From: Planctomycetales bacterium
GTDB lineage: Bacteria > 4484-113
Direction of reading: 5' to 3'
Length of the DNA: 22,633 nucleotides
Assembly: GCA_037445915.1 (NCBI GenBank)
Contig: JBBIJQ010000022.1
Coordinates: 10,927-33,559, forward strand
Below, piece after piece: positions 7,107 through 15,710 of this stretch; position 1 is the first letter of the stretch, and every line of letters begins with the position of its first letter. Under the pieces are notes generated by a model. That model searched no databases. It saw only the letters and a program-made list of their open reading frames with translations, and was not told the origin of the DNA. Made by a program: the position numbers and the translations under genes.

Positions 7107-7618
7107 GCGAGTTCATTATCAAAGGCAAGGCGTTCCCGCTTCTGGACGGCGACGGCGCGCTCGTGAACAACATAGACACCGACATGATCTTCCACAACAA
7201 GTGGCTGCACATCACGAAGATGGAAGAAATGGGGCAGTACGCGCTGGGCAACCTCAAGGGCTTTGAGGATTTCCCCAAGCGCGTGCAGCCGGGGATGTGG
7301 GTTGTCGCAGGGCGCAACTTCGGCGCAGGCAGCAGCCGCCAGCAGGCGGTGGACTGCTTCAAGGCGCTTGGCTGCGTCGGCATCATCGCCATATCCGTCG
7401 CGCCGATTTACTTGCGCAATGCTATAAACGCCGGTATGCCCGTCGCGCAGGTGCCATGCCTCGCGGGAATGGTGCAGGAAGGCGACGAGATGGCGCTGGA
7501 CATGGAAGCCGGCACGCTTTCCATCGCGCGCACCGGCACTCTCATCCAGGCTGAACCCCCCATTTCCTCCGTCCAGCGCGAGATATACCAGGCCGGCGGC
7601 TTGATGAAGCTGGGGTAG
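7103..7618 (+). CDS. Aconitase-family (LeuD/HacB-type) small subunit
   Basis: NIDTDMI, GRNFGAGSSRQQA, IYLRNAINAG; ATGA overlap with the large-subunit gene. Confidence 0.92.
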   Translation: MSEFIIKGKAFPLLDGDGALVNNIDTDMIFHNKWLHITKMEEMGQYALGNLKGFEDFPKRVQPGMWVVAGRNFGAGSSRQQAVDCFKALGCVGIIAISVAPIYLRNAINAGMPVAQVPCLAGMVQEGDEMALDMEAGTLSIARTGTLIQAEPPISSVQREIYQAGGLMKLG

Positions 7619-7633
7619 GGTTTATCTTGGTAG

Positions 7634-7663
7634 TTTCCGATTATCGGAAATATGTGGTATAAT
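7634..7663 (+). promoter_or_regulatory. Promoter with overlapping palindromic operator upstream of the XRE-peptidase gene
   Basis: The inverted repeat TTTCCGA-TTA-TCGGAAA (7634-7650) covers a TTCCGA -35 candidate, spaced 17 nt from TGG-TATAAT (-10 at 7658-7663). The ATG follows 8 nt later with no SD. Confidence 0.75.
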
Positions 7664-7671
7664 ATAAGCGT

Positions 7672-8853
7672 ATGGAAACGCTTGATTATCACCGCTTGGG
7701 TGCTTCAATTCAGTCTCTCCGCAAGGCGCGTAACATCAGCCAAACAGAACTCGCAAAGGCTATCGGCCTCAAAAGCCCACGCGCAATTTCCGAGCTTGAG
7801 AGCGGCAAACGGGAATTGCGCGGCTCGGAAATACGTGCATTGTGCGACAAACTGGAATGCACGCTCGCCGAGCTTTTTGGCCTGGAGGCAGACCCGCTGG
7901 CGTCAACATCCGGCGCGTGTCTGCGCGGCGATGATGCGAAGGACGAGGAGCTGGTCCGGATTGTGCGAAGGGCGCTGCGCCATGCGAAACTACTTCGTGA
8001 AATTGAAGAGGTCTTAGGGCGCACACCCCTAACTCAGCTGCCGTTGCTGGACAAGAGCTATCCGCTTAGCACGACTTACGAGAGCGCGCGCGAGCAAGCG
8101 ATTGAGCTGGCTGGCTGGATGCGTAATCTCATTGGGGAAAAAGGCGGGCCGGTTGGGAATCTGGAGAAGGCTCTTGAGGCGCACGGAGTTGTTTGGGCAA
8201 CCTGGGACCTGCCGAAAGGGGTTTCGGGATTAACCCTGCGCTGCAACGGAAGGCCGGTCATAATCCTTGAGTCCAGCGAACATGAACAGCGGCAGCGGTT
8301 CACAATGTCTCACGAACTAGCGCATGTTCTTATGGACACATCTGAACATGCTGTGCTAACCCGCGATTACCGTGAAACGGGCAAGGGCCGCAAGAGCCAA
8401 ACAGGAATCGTTGAGCATCGCGCCAACCACTTCGCGGGAGCGTTCTTAATGCCGGAGGCCGCAATACGGGAGTTTGCCGAAGGAAGGTTCAACCTAAGTG
8501 AACCAGTCAAAAACGAGGACATTTCAAAGCTGGCCCGTCATTTTCAAGTAAGTTTTCAGGCGGTGGCTACAAGGCTGGCTCATCTAGGCTTCATCACCTG
8601 GGATCGTTATAGGGAAATCAAAGATAGCCAACTAGAGATGAGAAACCTGCAGCAGATGCCAGGGCAGCTATCAGAAGTCCTTATGGTGTGGGCTGCTAAG
8701 CTTCAGTCTTCGCCGCGCATGCTGGAGCTTATTATTGAAGCACTGGAAAAAGACCTAATCACATTCGGCCGCGCCTGCGAGTTGGCGATGACAGATAGAG
8801 AATCTCTGGAAATGTTTCTCGCCGAATACAGCCGGGTAGAGAATGGAGGGTAG
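7672..8853 (+). CDS. XRE-family HTH + ImmA/IrrE (M78) zinc metallopeptidase fusion
   Basis: N-terminal HTH (LRKARNISQTELAKAIG..ISELESGKR), then RQRFTMSHELAH (HExxH), EHRANHFAGAFLMP, LARHFQVSFQA, and a C-terminal ITFGRACEL motif. Confidence 0.93.
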   Translation: METLDYHRLGASIQSLRKARNISQTELAKAIGLKSPRAISELESGKRELRGSEIRALCDKLECTLAELFGLEADPLASTSGACLRGDDAKDEELVRIVRRALRHAKLLREIEEVLGRTPLTQLPLLDKSYPLSTTYESAREQAIELAGWMRNLIGEKGGPVGNLEKALEAHGVVWATWDLPKGVSGLTLRCNGRPVIILESSEHEQRQRFTMSHELAHVLMDTSEHAVLTRDYRETGKGRKSQTGIVEHRANHFAGAFLMPEAAIREFAEGRFNLSEPVKNEDISKLARHFQVSFQAVATRLAHLGFITWDRYREIKDSQLEMRNLQQMPGQLSEVLMVWAAKLQSSPRMLELIIEALEKDLITFGRACELAMTDRESLEMFLAEYSRVENGG

Positions 8854-9397
8854 AGGGCGCAGCGGGATTGGCGAAGATGAACTACTGGTTACACCGGCTG
8901 TAATGGACTCAAGCATCCTCTATAACTTCGTTCTAATCGGCTGCGTTGACCATTTGGTTTGCGCCTTTGAACAACTGGCAATTACGCCAAGGCTGCGAAG
9001 TGAGATGAGCAAGCACGACATCCTGGCTTCCATTAGTAAGCATGTTGCCGTCAAGCGGATCGTCGTGCTTGACCCTACGCTTGAAGAGAACTTTGTTGCG
9101 GTTTCAATTGTTTCAAGAGGGGCATATGGGAAAAGCCTAAGTGAAACTGATAAGGAAATCATCTCCATCGCAAAGTCGCGTGGATTGAGAGTGCTCTCTG
9201 AAGATACGCCAATGCGAAAAGTAGCTATTGAGCAGGGAATAAGGGAATCCGACCTATTCAACACGCGAGAATGCCTACAGAAGCTTGTTGATTGTGGAAG
9301 ACTAGAGTTAGAGGAAGCGAAAACACACTTTGTGAAAATCAACGAACAGCGTGTTTTACACCGGCATCCTGCGCTTCCCTGGGAAGACGATAGTTAG
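8843..9397 (+). CDS. PIN-domain protein (DUF3368-like), putative ribonuclease/toxin
   Basis: PIN acidic pattern VMDSSIL, SE, LSETDKEIISIA, VLSED. It overlaps the upstream peptidase gene; the exact start is uncertain. Confidence 0.75.
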   Translation: MEGRGRSGIGEDELLVTPAVMDSSILYNFVLIGCVDHLVCAFEQLAITPRLRSEMSKHDILASISKHVAVKRIVVLDPTLEENFVAVSIVSRGAYGKSLSETDKEIISIAKSRGLRVLSEDTPMRKVAIEQGIRESDLFNTRECLQKLVDCGRLELEEAKTHFVKINEQRVLHRHPALPWEDDS

Positions 9398-9475
9398 GTT
9401 AACTTGATTGGATGTTTTCCGCGTCCAATTGGATGCGTTTTGCATACAGACAAAGCTGTTGTTTTCTTTAATTAG

Positions 9476-10600
9476 TTACACCCCGCTCACGGTAACGCCC
9501 CGCTTGGCGAGATGCCCCATGAGCCCGGTGAAGCATGCATCATCAAGCCCCAAGTATTCCGGCGTGGAAACGCCCTTGCGGGTGAACACGCCGTCGCGGA
9601 TGAGGCGCACGGCTGCGGTGCCGGTATAGCCGGTCGTGCGCGCCATGGAAGTCGTCTCGCCCTCGCGGTCGTAAGCGTCAAGCAAGTCGTAGGTGAGCGC
9701 CAACTCCTTGCCGTCCTTCACGCCGCTGACCGCCACGCGCATGACGGTGACATCCTCTTCGCCTTCGCGCATCTTCCACTGCGGGAACAGCAGCGCCGCG
9801 GCAACGTCCAGCGGCCGCACCTTCCCCCCGCGCACTTCAAGCTCACCCTTGCCGAACAGCCCCGCCTCGCGCAGCGCGCGCATCTTGTCGGCATGACCGG
9901 GGTAGCGCAGCGTCTTCTCCACCATCTCGTCTGCCTTCAGCACGTTCACGAGCGAGCGCAGCCCGTCGCTGATGAATGCCTCAAGCTTGCCAATGCCAGC
10001 AAAGTCAAGCTGCTCCACTTCCGAAAGCGCGTCCTTAAGCGCGACTTTGCCCCCGCGCACGATGCGCGCCGGCCGCGTGTATTCCTCCAGCACGTCCACC
10101 GCCGAGAACACGACGCGGTAGTTCCACGGCGGCTCCGGCGTGCGCGGCAGCCCGCCTACGTAGATGGCGATGCTGTGCACTGTATCAAGTTGCGTCGTTG
10201 CATGCGCCGCCAGCGCGTGCGAAAGACCCGGCGCAACGCCGCAGTCAGTTATCGCGATGACGCCAAGCTGCTTCGCCGCATCGTGCAGCGGAGTGGGGTC
10301 TTCGGGCATGAAGCTAATGTCAACGACATTGCGCCCGGCTTCAATAATCGCCGCTAGCGACTGGAAGCCCATGTGCCCCGGCAGCGCCAGCACCGCGATG
10401 TCGTGCTCGCGCGCAAGGCGGCCGATGGTTGGCGCGTGGTGCAGGTTCGCGGCTTGCGTAGTGACGCCGGGGATGCCCGCCAGCGTTTGCAGCGCGGCTT
10501 CGTTCGCGTCAATCGCGGTGACTTCAAACTCGCGGTCCATAGCCAGGTCGCGCACCATCGCGCCCCCGACGAGGCCGCATCCAAATACTACAGCTTTCAT
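9476..10600 (-). CDS. Saccharopine dehydrogenase-family protein, most like L-lysine 6-dehydrogenase
   Basis: Rossmann GCGLVG; ALPGHMGF, VDISFMPEDP, GVAPGLS, YVGGLP, EEYTRPAR, EAFISDGLRS, TLRYPGH and SMARTTGY match my recollection of the Pyrococcus horikoshii lysine 6-dehydrogenase. Start placed at ATG 10600, with an AGGTGG SD. Confidence 0.85.
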   Translation of the reverse strand: MKAVVFGCGLVGGAMVRDLAMDREFEVTAIDANEAALQTLAGIPGVTTQAANLHHAPTIGRLAREHDIAVLALPGHMGFQSLAAIIEAGRNVVDISFMPEDPTPLHDAAKQLGVIAITDCGVAPGLSHALAAHATTQLDTVHSIAIYVGGLPRTPEPPWNYRVVFSAVDVLEEYTRPARIVRGGKVALKDALSEVEQLDFAGIGKLEAFISDGLRSLVNVLKADEMVEKTLRYPGHADKMRALREAGLFGKGELEVRGGKVRPLDVAAALLFPQWKMREGEEDVTVMRVAVSGVKDGKELALTYDLLDAYDREGETTSMARTTGYTGTAAVRLIRDGVFTRKGVSTPEYLGLDDACFTGLMGHLAKRGVTVSGV

Positions 10601-10612
10601 ACAGGCCACCTG

Positions 10613-11728
10613 TTAGAGCTTAGAGACGATAGCTTCGGCCATCTCCATCGTGGAGCTGCTGCCGCCCATATCATATGTGCGCACCTTGCCTTCGGCAATG
10701 ACCGCCGCAATCGCAGCCTCAAGCTTTTCCGCTCCCGCGCCTTCTCCGAGCCAGTCAAGCATCAGCTTCGCCGAAAGCAGCATGGCGATCGGATTCACTT
10801 TGTATTGACCGGCGTATTTCGGCGCGCTGCCATGCGTCGGCTCAAAGACCGCGTACTTGTCGCCGATATTCCCGCTGGCGGCAAAGCCCATCCCGCCCAC
10901 GAGTTGCCCCGCAAGGTCGCTGATTATGTCGCCAAACATGTTGGAGGCGACGAGCACGTCGTATGCGAGCGGGCTCTTGAGCAGCCACATGCACATCGCG
11001 TCAATGTTCGCCTCGTCAAAAGCAATGCCGGGGTAATCCTTCGCAAGCTTGCGCCCGGCGCGCACCATCATTCCGCTTGTCTCGCGCACGACGTTGGGCT
11101 TTTCCACCATAGTCACGCGCTTGCGCCCGTGCTTCTTCGCGTATTCAAATGCCTGGCGCGTAATGCTCTCACAGCCCTTCACCGTGTTCAGGCGAACGCT
11201 TATCGCCATTTCATCATTCGGGGTCGCGGAAAACCGCTTCGCCTTCGGGTGCGTGTCCAGCGCGGCGCGCACGGCGTCGGGGATGGGGTGCCACTCTATC
11301 CCCGCGTAAAGGTCTTCAGTGTTCTCGCGAAAGACGGTTAGGTTGATGCCCTCGCAGTAAACCAGCGGGTTTCCGGGGTAACCCTTGCAGGGGCGAAGCG
11401 CCGTGTGCAAATTGAACTCCTGGCGCATCTGCACGATGGGCGAGAAGTAGCTCAGCCCCTTGCCCTGCAATTCCGGCGCAAGCTCGGCGGCGGCCTCGTC
11501 TCGCGGCTTGCTGGTGATAGCGCCGAAAAGCGCGCAGTCAGTGTTGCGCAGTAGCTCTTTGGTGCGGTCGGGGAAGGGGTTGCCCTCGCTGCGCCAGAAC
11601 TCCCAGCCGATGTCGCCGTGAACGTATTCAGCGTCCAGCTTCATCGCGTCAAGCACGAGGCGCGCGGCCTCCATCACGTCGTTGCCCACTCCGTCGCCGG
11701 GCAGCCATGCAATCCGGTACTTAGCCAT
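10613..11728 (-). CDS. Isocitrate/isopropylmalate dehydrogenase family protein, homoisocitrate dehydrogenase-like
   Basis: PGDGVG, RENTEDLY, KPNV, NMFGDIISDL, EPTHGSAP. The substrate loop ALFGAITS..YFSPIVQMR resembles fungal Lys12 (ALFGAVQS..YSSPIVALR, from memory). GGAGG SD. Confidence 0.88.
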   Translation of the reverse strand: MAKYRIAWLPGDGVGNDVMEAARLVLDAMKLDAEYVHGDIGWEFWRSEGNPFPDRTKELLRNTDCALFGAITSKPRDEAAAELAPELQGKGLSYFSPIVQMRQEFNLHTALRPCKGYPGNPLVYCEGINLTVFRENTEDLYAGIEWHPIPDAVRAALDTHPKAKRFSATPNDEMAISVRLNTVKGCESITRQAFEYAKKHGRKRVTMVEKPNVVRETSGMMVRAGRKLAKDYPGIAFDEANIDAMCMWLLKSPLAYDVLVASNMFGDIISDLAGQLVGGMGFAASGNIGDKYAVFEPTHGSAPKYAGQYKVNPIAMLLSAKLMLDWLGEGAGAEKLEAAIAAVIAEGKVRTYDMGGSSSTMEMAEAIVSKL

Positions 11729-11743
11729 TATTAATTCCTCCGG

Positions 11744-12229
11744 TTACTTCTTCGCGTATTTATCGCGCAGGTATTCAATGAGCCCGCCGGCTTCCAGTAT
11801 CGCCGTAACTTCGGCGGGGAACGGCGGAAAGGTGAAGTCCCCCTTGCTCGTGCGCACGACGCCTGCCGCGAAATCCACTTCCGCCGTGTCGCCGTTTTCA
11901 AGCGCGCGCGCGGCTTCGGGGAGCGCCAGCGCGGGCAGGCCGCTGTTAATGCAGTTACGGTAAAAGATGCGGGCGAAGCTTTCGGCGATGACCGCCGCCA
12001 CGCCGCAGTATTTGGGCGCGAGCACGGCCTGTTCGCGGCTTGAGCCGCATCCGAAGTTCTTCCCCGCCACGATGACGTCGCCGGGCTGCACCTTCTTAGC
12101 GAATTCGGGGTCAAGGTCCTCCAGCGCATGCTGCGCCATTTCCGCAGGCTCGGAAACGGTGTAGGTGTATTTGCCGGGGAACAGCACGTCGGTGTTCACG
12201 TCGTCGCCGTATTTGAAGACTTTTCCCAT
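11744..12229 (-). CDS. Homoaconitase-like (LeuD/HacB-type) small subunit
   Basis: The true start is ATG 12229 (TAATG overlap). [42 protein letters not shown] and SSREQA recall the C-terminal domain of fungal Lys4. Confidence 0.92.
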   Translation of the reverse strand: MGKVFKYGDDVNTDVLFPGKYTYTVSEPAEMAQHALEDLDPEFAKKVQPGDVIVAGKNFGCGSSREQAVLAPKYCGVAAVIAESFARIFYRNCINSGLPALALPEAARALENGDTAEVDFAAGVVRTSKGDFTFPPFPAEVTAILEAGGLIEYLRDKYAKK

Positions 12230-13479
12230 TAGAAGTACTCCTTCGGCGACACAATCTCGCCGGCGATGGCGCTGGCGGCGACGGTCGCGGGGCTTGCCAG
12301 GTAAATCTCCGAGTTGGGGTCGCCCATGCGCCCCTTGAAGTTGCGGTTCGCCGTGGAGAGGCATACCTCGCCCGGCGCCAGCGCGCCTTCGTGCGCCCCC
12401 AGGCAGGGGCCGCAGCCTGGATTCATCCATACTGCGCCGGCGTCCACCGACGGCGCGACTAAGCCCTCGTCAATGGCCTGACGGTAAACCTTCATAGACG
12501 CCGGGAAAATTAGCAGCCGCACGCTCGGCGCTGCATGCTTTCCCGCGAGCACCTTGGCCGCGGTGCGGATGTCTTCAATGCGGCCGTTGGTGCAGGTGCC
12601 GATGAGCGCCTGGTCAATGCGCTTGCCCTTGTATTCGCCCACCGGCTTCACGTTGTCCACCGTGTGCGGCGCGGCGACCATCGCGTCCAGCGCGCCAAGG
12701 TCAAAGGAATGCTTCGCAATATATTTCGCATCGGGGTCGGAAAGCAGCGCGGCATGTTTTCCGTTTGGCTCGTTGAGGAATTCTGCGGTCACTGCGTCCG
12801 GAGGGAAGTAGCCGTTCTTCGAGCCCATCTCTGCCGATAGGTTGCACAGCACCATGCGGTCGGAGATGGAAAGCTGTGCTGCGGCATCCCCCGTGAACTC
12901 CACGGCGAGATATAGCGCGCCGTCCGCGCCGATGTGCCCGATTATCGCGAGCGCCAGGTCTTTCGCCGATACCCACGGCTTGAATGCGCCGGCAAGCTCA
13001 AGGCGCATCGTCTCCGGGCAAAGCAGCCACAGCCCGCCGGATACCCACACTCCCGCCGTCTCGGTGCGCCCCACCCCGGCGGCGAATGCGCCGACAGCGC
13101 CCGCAGTGGGCGTGTGCGAATCGCTGCCAAGGATGAGCCGCCCGGGGTAGGCGTAGCCGTCCTCCACCATGATTTGGTGGCAGACGCCGCGCCCGACATC
13201 GTAGAAGTGCGTGATGCCCTGCGCCGCCACGAACTCGCGGATGGCCTTGTGGTTGGCGGCATGCTTGTTGTCGGCGGCGGGCGTCACGTGGTCAAGCACG
13301 ATGACCGCGCGGTCGGGATACTTGAGTTTGGTAACGCCAATGGACGGCAGCTTCTTGAGGATGGCGGCGGAGTTGTCGTGCGAGAGGATGAAGTCGGGCT
13401 CCAGCGTGACAATCTCCCCCGCGTGCACTTCGCGGCCGGCCTTGAGGCTGAACACCTTTTCGCTAAACGTTTTTCCCAT
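12229..13479 (-). CDS. Homoaconitase-like (LeuC/HacA-type) large subunit
   Basis: SHDNS, VLDH, GVCHQ, GSDSHT, GTCTNGR, GCGPCLG, STANRNFKGRMG, YLASP; canonical catalytic residues are present. SHDNS recalls fungal Lys4. Confidence 0.93.
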   Translation of the reverse strand: MGKTFSEKVFSLKAGREVHAGEIVTLEPDFILSHDNSAAILKKLPSIGVTKLKYPDRAVIVLDHVTPAADNKHAANHKAIREFVAAQGITHFYDVGRGVCHQIMVEDGYAYPGRLILGSDSHTPTAGAVGAFAAGVGRTETAGVWVSGGLWLLCPETMRLELAGAFKPWVSAKDLALAIIGHIGADGALYLAVEFTGDAAAQLSISDRMVLCNLSAEMGSKNGYFPPDAVTAEFLNEPNGKHAALLSDPDAKYIAKHSFDLGALDAMVAAPHTVDNVKPVGEYKGKRIDQALIGTCTNGRIEDIRTAAKVLAGKHAAPSVRLLIFPASMKVYRQAIDEGLVAPSVDAGAVWMNPGCGPCLGAHEGALAPGEVCLSTANRNFKGRMGDPNSEIYLASPATVAASAIAGEIVSPKEYF

Positions 13480-14023
13480 ATTTCAGCACCAACGGTTCAA
13501 AGTTGAGGAAGTCCGCGTGGTTCACGATTATCGCTTCCAGTGTCGCGCGCGCATTGTCGCCTTCGTGGCTGTGATACATCACGCCGTGAACTACCGCGTC
13601 CGGCAGGCCCCATTTCATGCAAAGCCCGCTGCCCGACACGGGATGGCGCAGCAACTTGCCGCTCGCGCTCTTCACGTATGCGCCGTCCTTGTCGCGCCTG
13701 TATTCAAGCAGCTTGCCCACGTCGTGCAGCAGCGCGGTTGCCAACAAAATGTCGCGGTCGGCCTGCATCGCGCCTTCGCCCGCCCAGCTTGCGCTAAGCG
13801 AATCGGCGATGGCGAGCGCGGTGTTGGTCACGCGCCGCGTGTGGTCAAGGAAGCTCGCGGGGCATCCCTTGATGAGCAGCGTGAAGGGCATCTGCGCCAT
13901 GTCTTCGGGCTTCCAGCCGCCCATCTCCAGCGCGTCGGCGAACGCGGCGATGACTTTGCCGCGCAGCGCGCCGTCCTTGAACAACCCAAGCTCGGGTATC
14001 AGCGTGAAAAGTTCGTCGTTCAT
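13463..14023 (-). CDS. HD (HDIG-type) domain metal-dependent phosphohydrolase
   Basis: DHTRRV, LLHDVGK, RHPVSG, YHSHEGD, NHADF; it overlaps both neighbours. Confidence 0.9.
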   Translation of the reverse strand: MNDELFTLIPELGLFKDGALRGKVIAAFADALEMGGWKPEDMAQMPFTLLIKGCPASFLDHTRRVTNTALAIADSLSASWAGEGAMQADRDILLATALLHDVGKLLEYRRDKDGAYVKSASGKLLRHPVSGSGLCMKWGLPDAVVHGVMYHSHEGDNARATLEAIIVNHADFLNFEPLVLKYGKNV

Positions 14024-14805
14024 TTTTTCTCCAATTCGCGGGGCGCGGGCCCGTCATAGATTGCTTCCGAGGCGACGATGTTGCGCATCGGCTTTTCGCG
14101 GGTGACTTCTTCGTGGTAATGCGCGGCCATTCCGGCGACGCGCGGCAGCAGGAAGAAGAAGTTGCTGACCTCCACCGGGAACTCCAGCTCGCAAAGCAGC
14201 GCCGCCACTGCGCCGTCCACGTTGAGCGGCAGCGGCTTGCCCGTCTGCGCCGACACTTCCGCGCCGATGAGCTGCGCAAGCTTGAGGTAGGGGCCTTCAC
14301 GGCCCGCCTCGCGCGCCAGCTCAATGAGCCGCTTTGTGCGCGGGTCGTCGGTATGCACGCGGTGGCCAAAGCCTGCAAGGCGCTTCTTTTGCTCCAGCGC
14401 CTGGCGCACGTATTCCTTGGCGAATTCCTCCGGCGTCTTCTTGCTCGCCTCCATCAAGTCATGCGCGTAAAGGAACATGCGCATGGCGGGCTCAATCGCC
14501 GCGCCGTGGTGCTTGTTGATGGAGAGCACTCCCGCCGCCAATGCCGCGTTCAGCGGGGCGCCGGTGGTCGCGGAAATGCGCGCGGCCTGCGCCGACGGGG
14601 GCGTTATGCCGTGGTCAATGCTGGCCAAGAGCATCGCGTCGTAGAGCTTCTCCTCGGCGGGGCTGGGCAGCCTGCCGTGGAAGAGCAGGAAGATGCCGCC
14701 CGCGAGGCTGACATGCCCCATCAGCTCGTCAATGCGGTAGCCGCGCACGCGGATCTCGTTTGGCTTGATGCTCGTTATCGCCGTTTTCCAGGTTTTATCA
14801 GTCAT
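14020..14805 (-). CDS. Citryl-CoA lyase-like protein (short citrate-synthase fold)
   Basis: 261 aa; WKTAIT, IRVRGY, DHGITPPS, HHGAAIE, GFGHRVH..DPR, LNVDG. Confidence 0.9.
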   Translation of the reverse strand: MTDKTWKTAITSIKPNEIRVRGYRIDELMGHVSLAGGIFLLFHGRLPSPAEEKLYDAMLLASIDHGITPPSAQAARISATTGAPLNAALAAGVLSINKHHGAAIEPAMRMFLYAHDLMEASKKTPEEFAKEYVRQALEQKKRLAGFGHRVHTDDPRTKRLIELAREAGREGPYLKLAQLIGAEVSAQTGKPLPLNVDGAVAALLCELEFPVEVSNFFFLLPRVAGMAAHYHEEVTREKPMRNIVASEAIYDGPAPRELEKK

Positions 14806-15710
14806 TATTTCCTCATCCTTGAAAGGACTTCGGCGGTCGTCGCCGGGAGGTCCTCAAAGTTTTCCACGATGACGGCGCCCGCGGAGCGCAGCGCGTCAAC
14901 CTTGCTTTGGTAGCCGCCGCGCCCGCCTTCAACAATCGCGCCCGCGTGCGAAAAGCGCGTGCCTTCCTCCGCCTGCTTGCCGCCGATGTAAGCGACGAGC
15001 GGCTTCGTGAACTCGCCGCGCCGCATCATCTCCGCGACGCGCTCTTCCTGCGTCGTGCCGATTTCGCCGAACATGACGACGAGGTCGGTCTCCGGGTCGT
15101 CCTGGAAGAGCTTCACTATCGCGGGATGCGGCAGCCCGACGATGCTGTCGCCGCCGACGTGCACGATGGTGCTCGCGCCGATGCCCGCTTTCTTCAGGTA
15201 ATACGCGATGCTGGAAGTGATGCCGCCGCTTCGGCTGCTTATGCCCACGCGCCCCGGCGTGAAGAAGCGCCCTGCGGCTTCGGGGCTTCCGCCCATCATC
15301 CCCAGCACGCCCTTCCCCGGCGAGAGGCAGCCCAGCGTGTTCGGGCCGAGGAAGCTCGCGCCGCGCTCGGCGGCGAACTTCGTGAGCTTCATCACGTCGT
15401 GCAGCGGGACGCGGTCGGGGACGATGACGACGAGCTTCACGCCTGCGTCCATCGCCTCCATCGCCGCGTCCGCCGCGCCCGGCGCGGGCACGAACACGAC
15501 GCTCGCGTCAATCTGCCCGACGGCTTCGGCCGCCTGGCGCACGCTGTCAAACACCGGCACGCCCAGCGTTTCCTCGCCGCCGCGCCCCGGCGTCACCCCC
15601 GCGACGACCTTGGGGCCGTAGCCGAGCATCAGCTTGCTGCGCGCCTGGCCTTCGCGGCCGGTGATGCCCTGCACGACGACGCGGGTGTTTTCATTTACGA
15701 GTATGCTCAT
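14805..15710 (-). CDS. Acyl-CoA synthetase (NDP-forming) alpha subunit, SucD/citryl-CoA synthetase small-subunit-like
   Basis: MSILVNENTRVVVQGITG, GVTPG, FVPAP, GPNTLG, SRSGG, GEIG, FSHAGA (phospho-His). VPDRVP replaces the usual ITEGIP. Confidence 0.92.
   Translation of the reverse strand: MSILVNENTRVVVQGITGREGQARSKLMLGYGPKVVAGVTPGRGGEETLGVPVFDSVRQAAEAVGQIDASVVFVPAPGAADAAMEAMDAGVKLVVIVPDRVPLHDVMKLTKFAAERGASFLGPNTLGCLSPGKGVLGMMGGSPEAAGRFFTPGRVGISSRSGGITSSIAYYLKKAGIGASTIVHVGGDSIVGLPHPAIVKLFQDDPETDLVVMFGEIGTTQEERVAEMMRRGEFTKPLVAYIGGKQAEEGTRFSHAGAIVEGGRGGYQSKVDALRSAGAVIVENFEDLPATTAEVLSRMRK

Noticed and set aside
5847-13479. Naming the dehydratases and dehydrogenase leuC/leuD/leuB
   Set aside because: There are no leuA or ilv genes nearby, and the motifs fit homoaconitase/homoisocitrate dehydrogenase or an unknown subfamily better.
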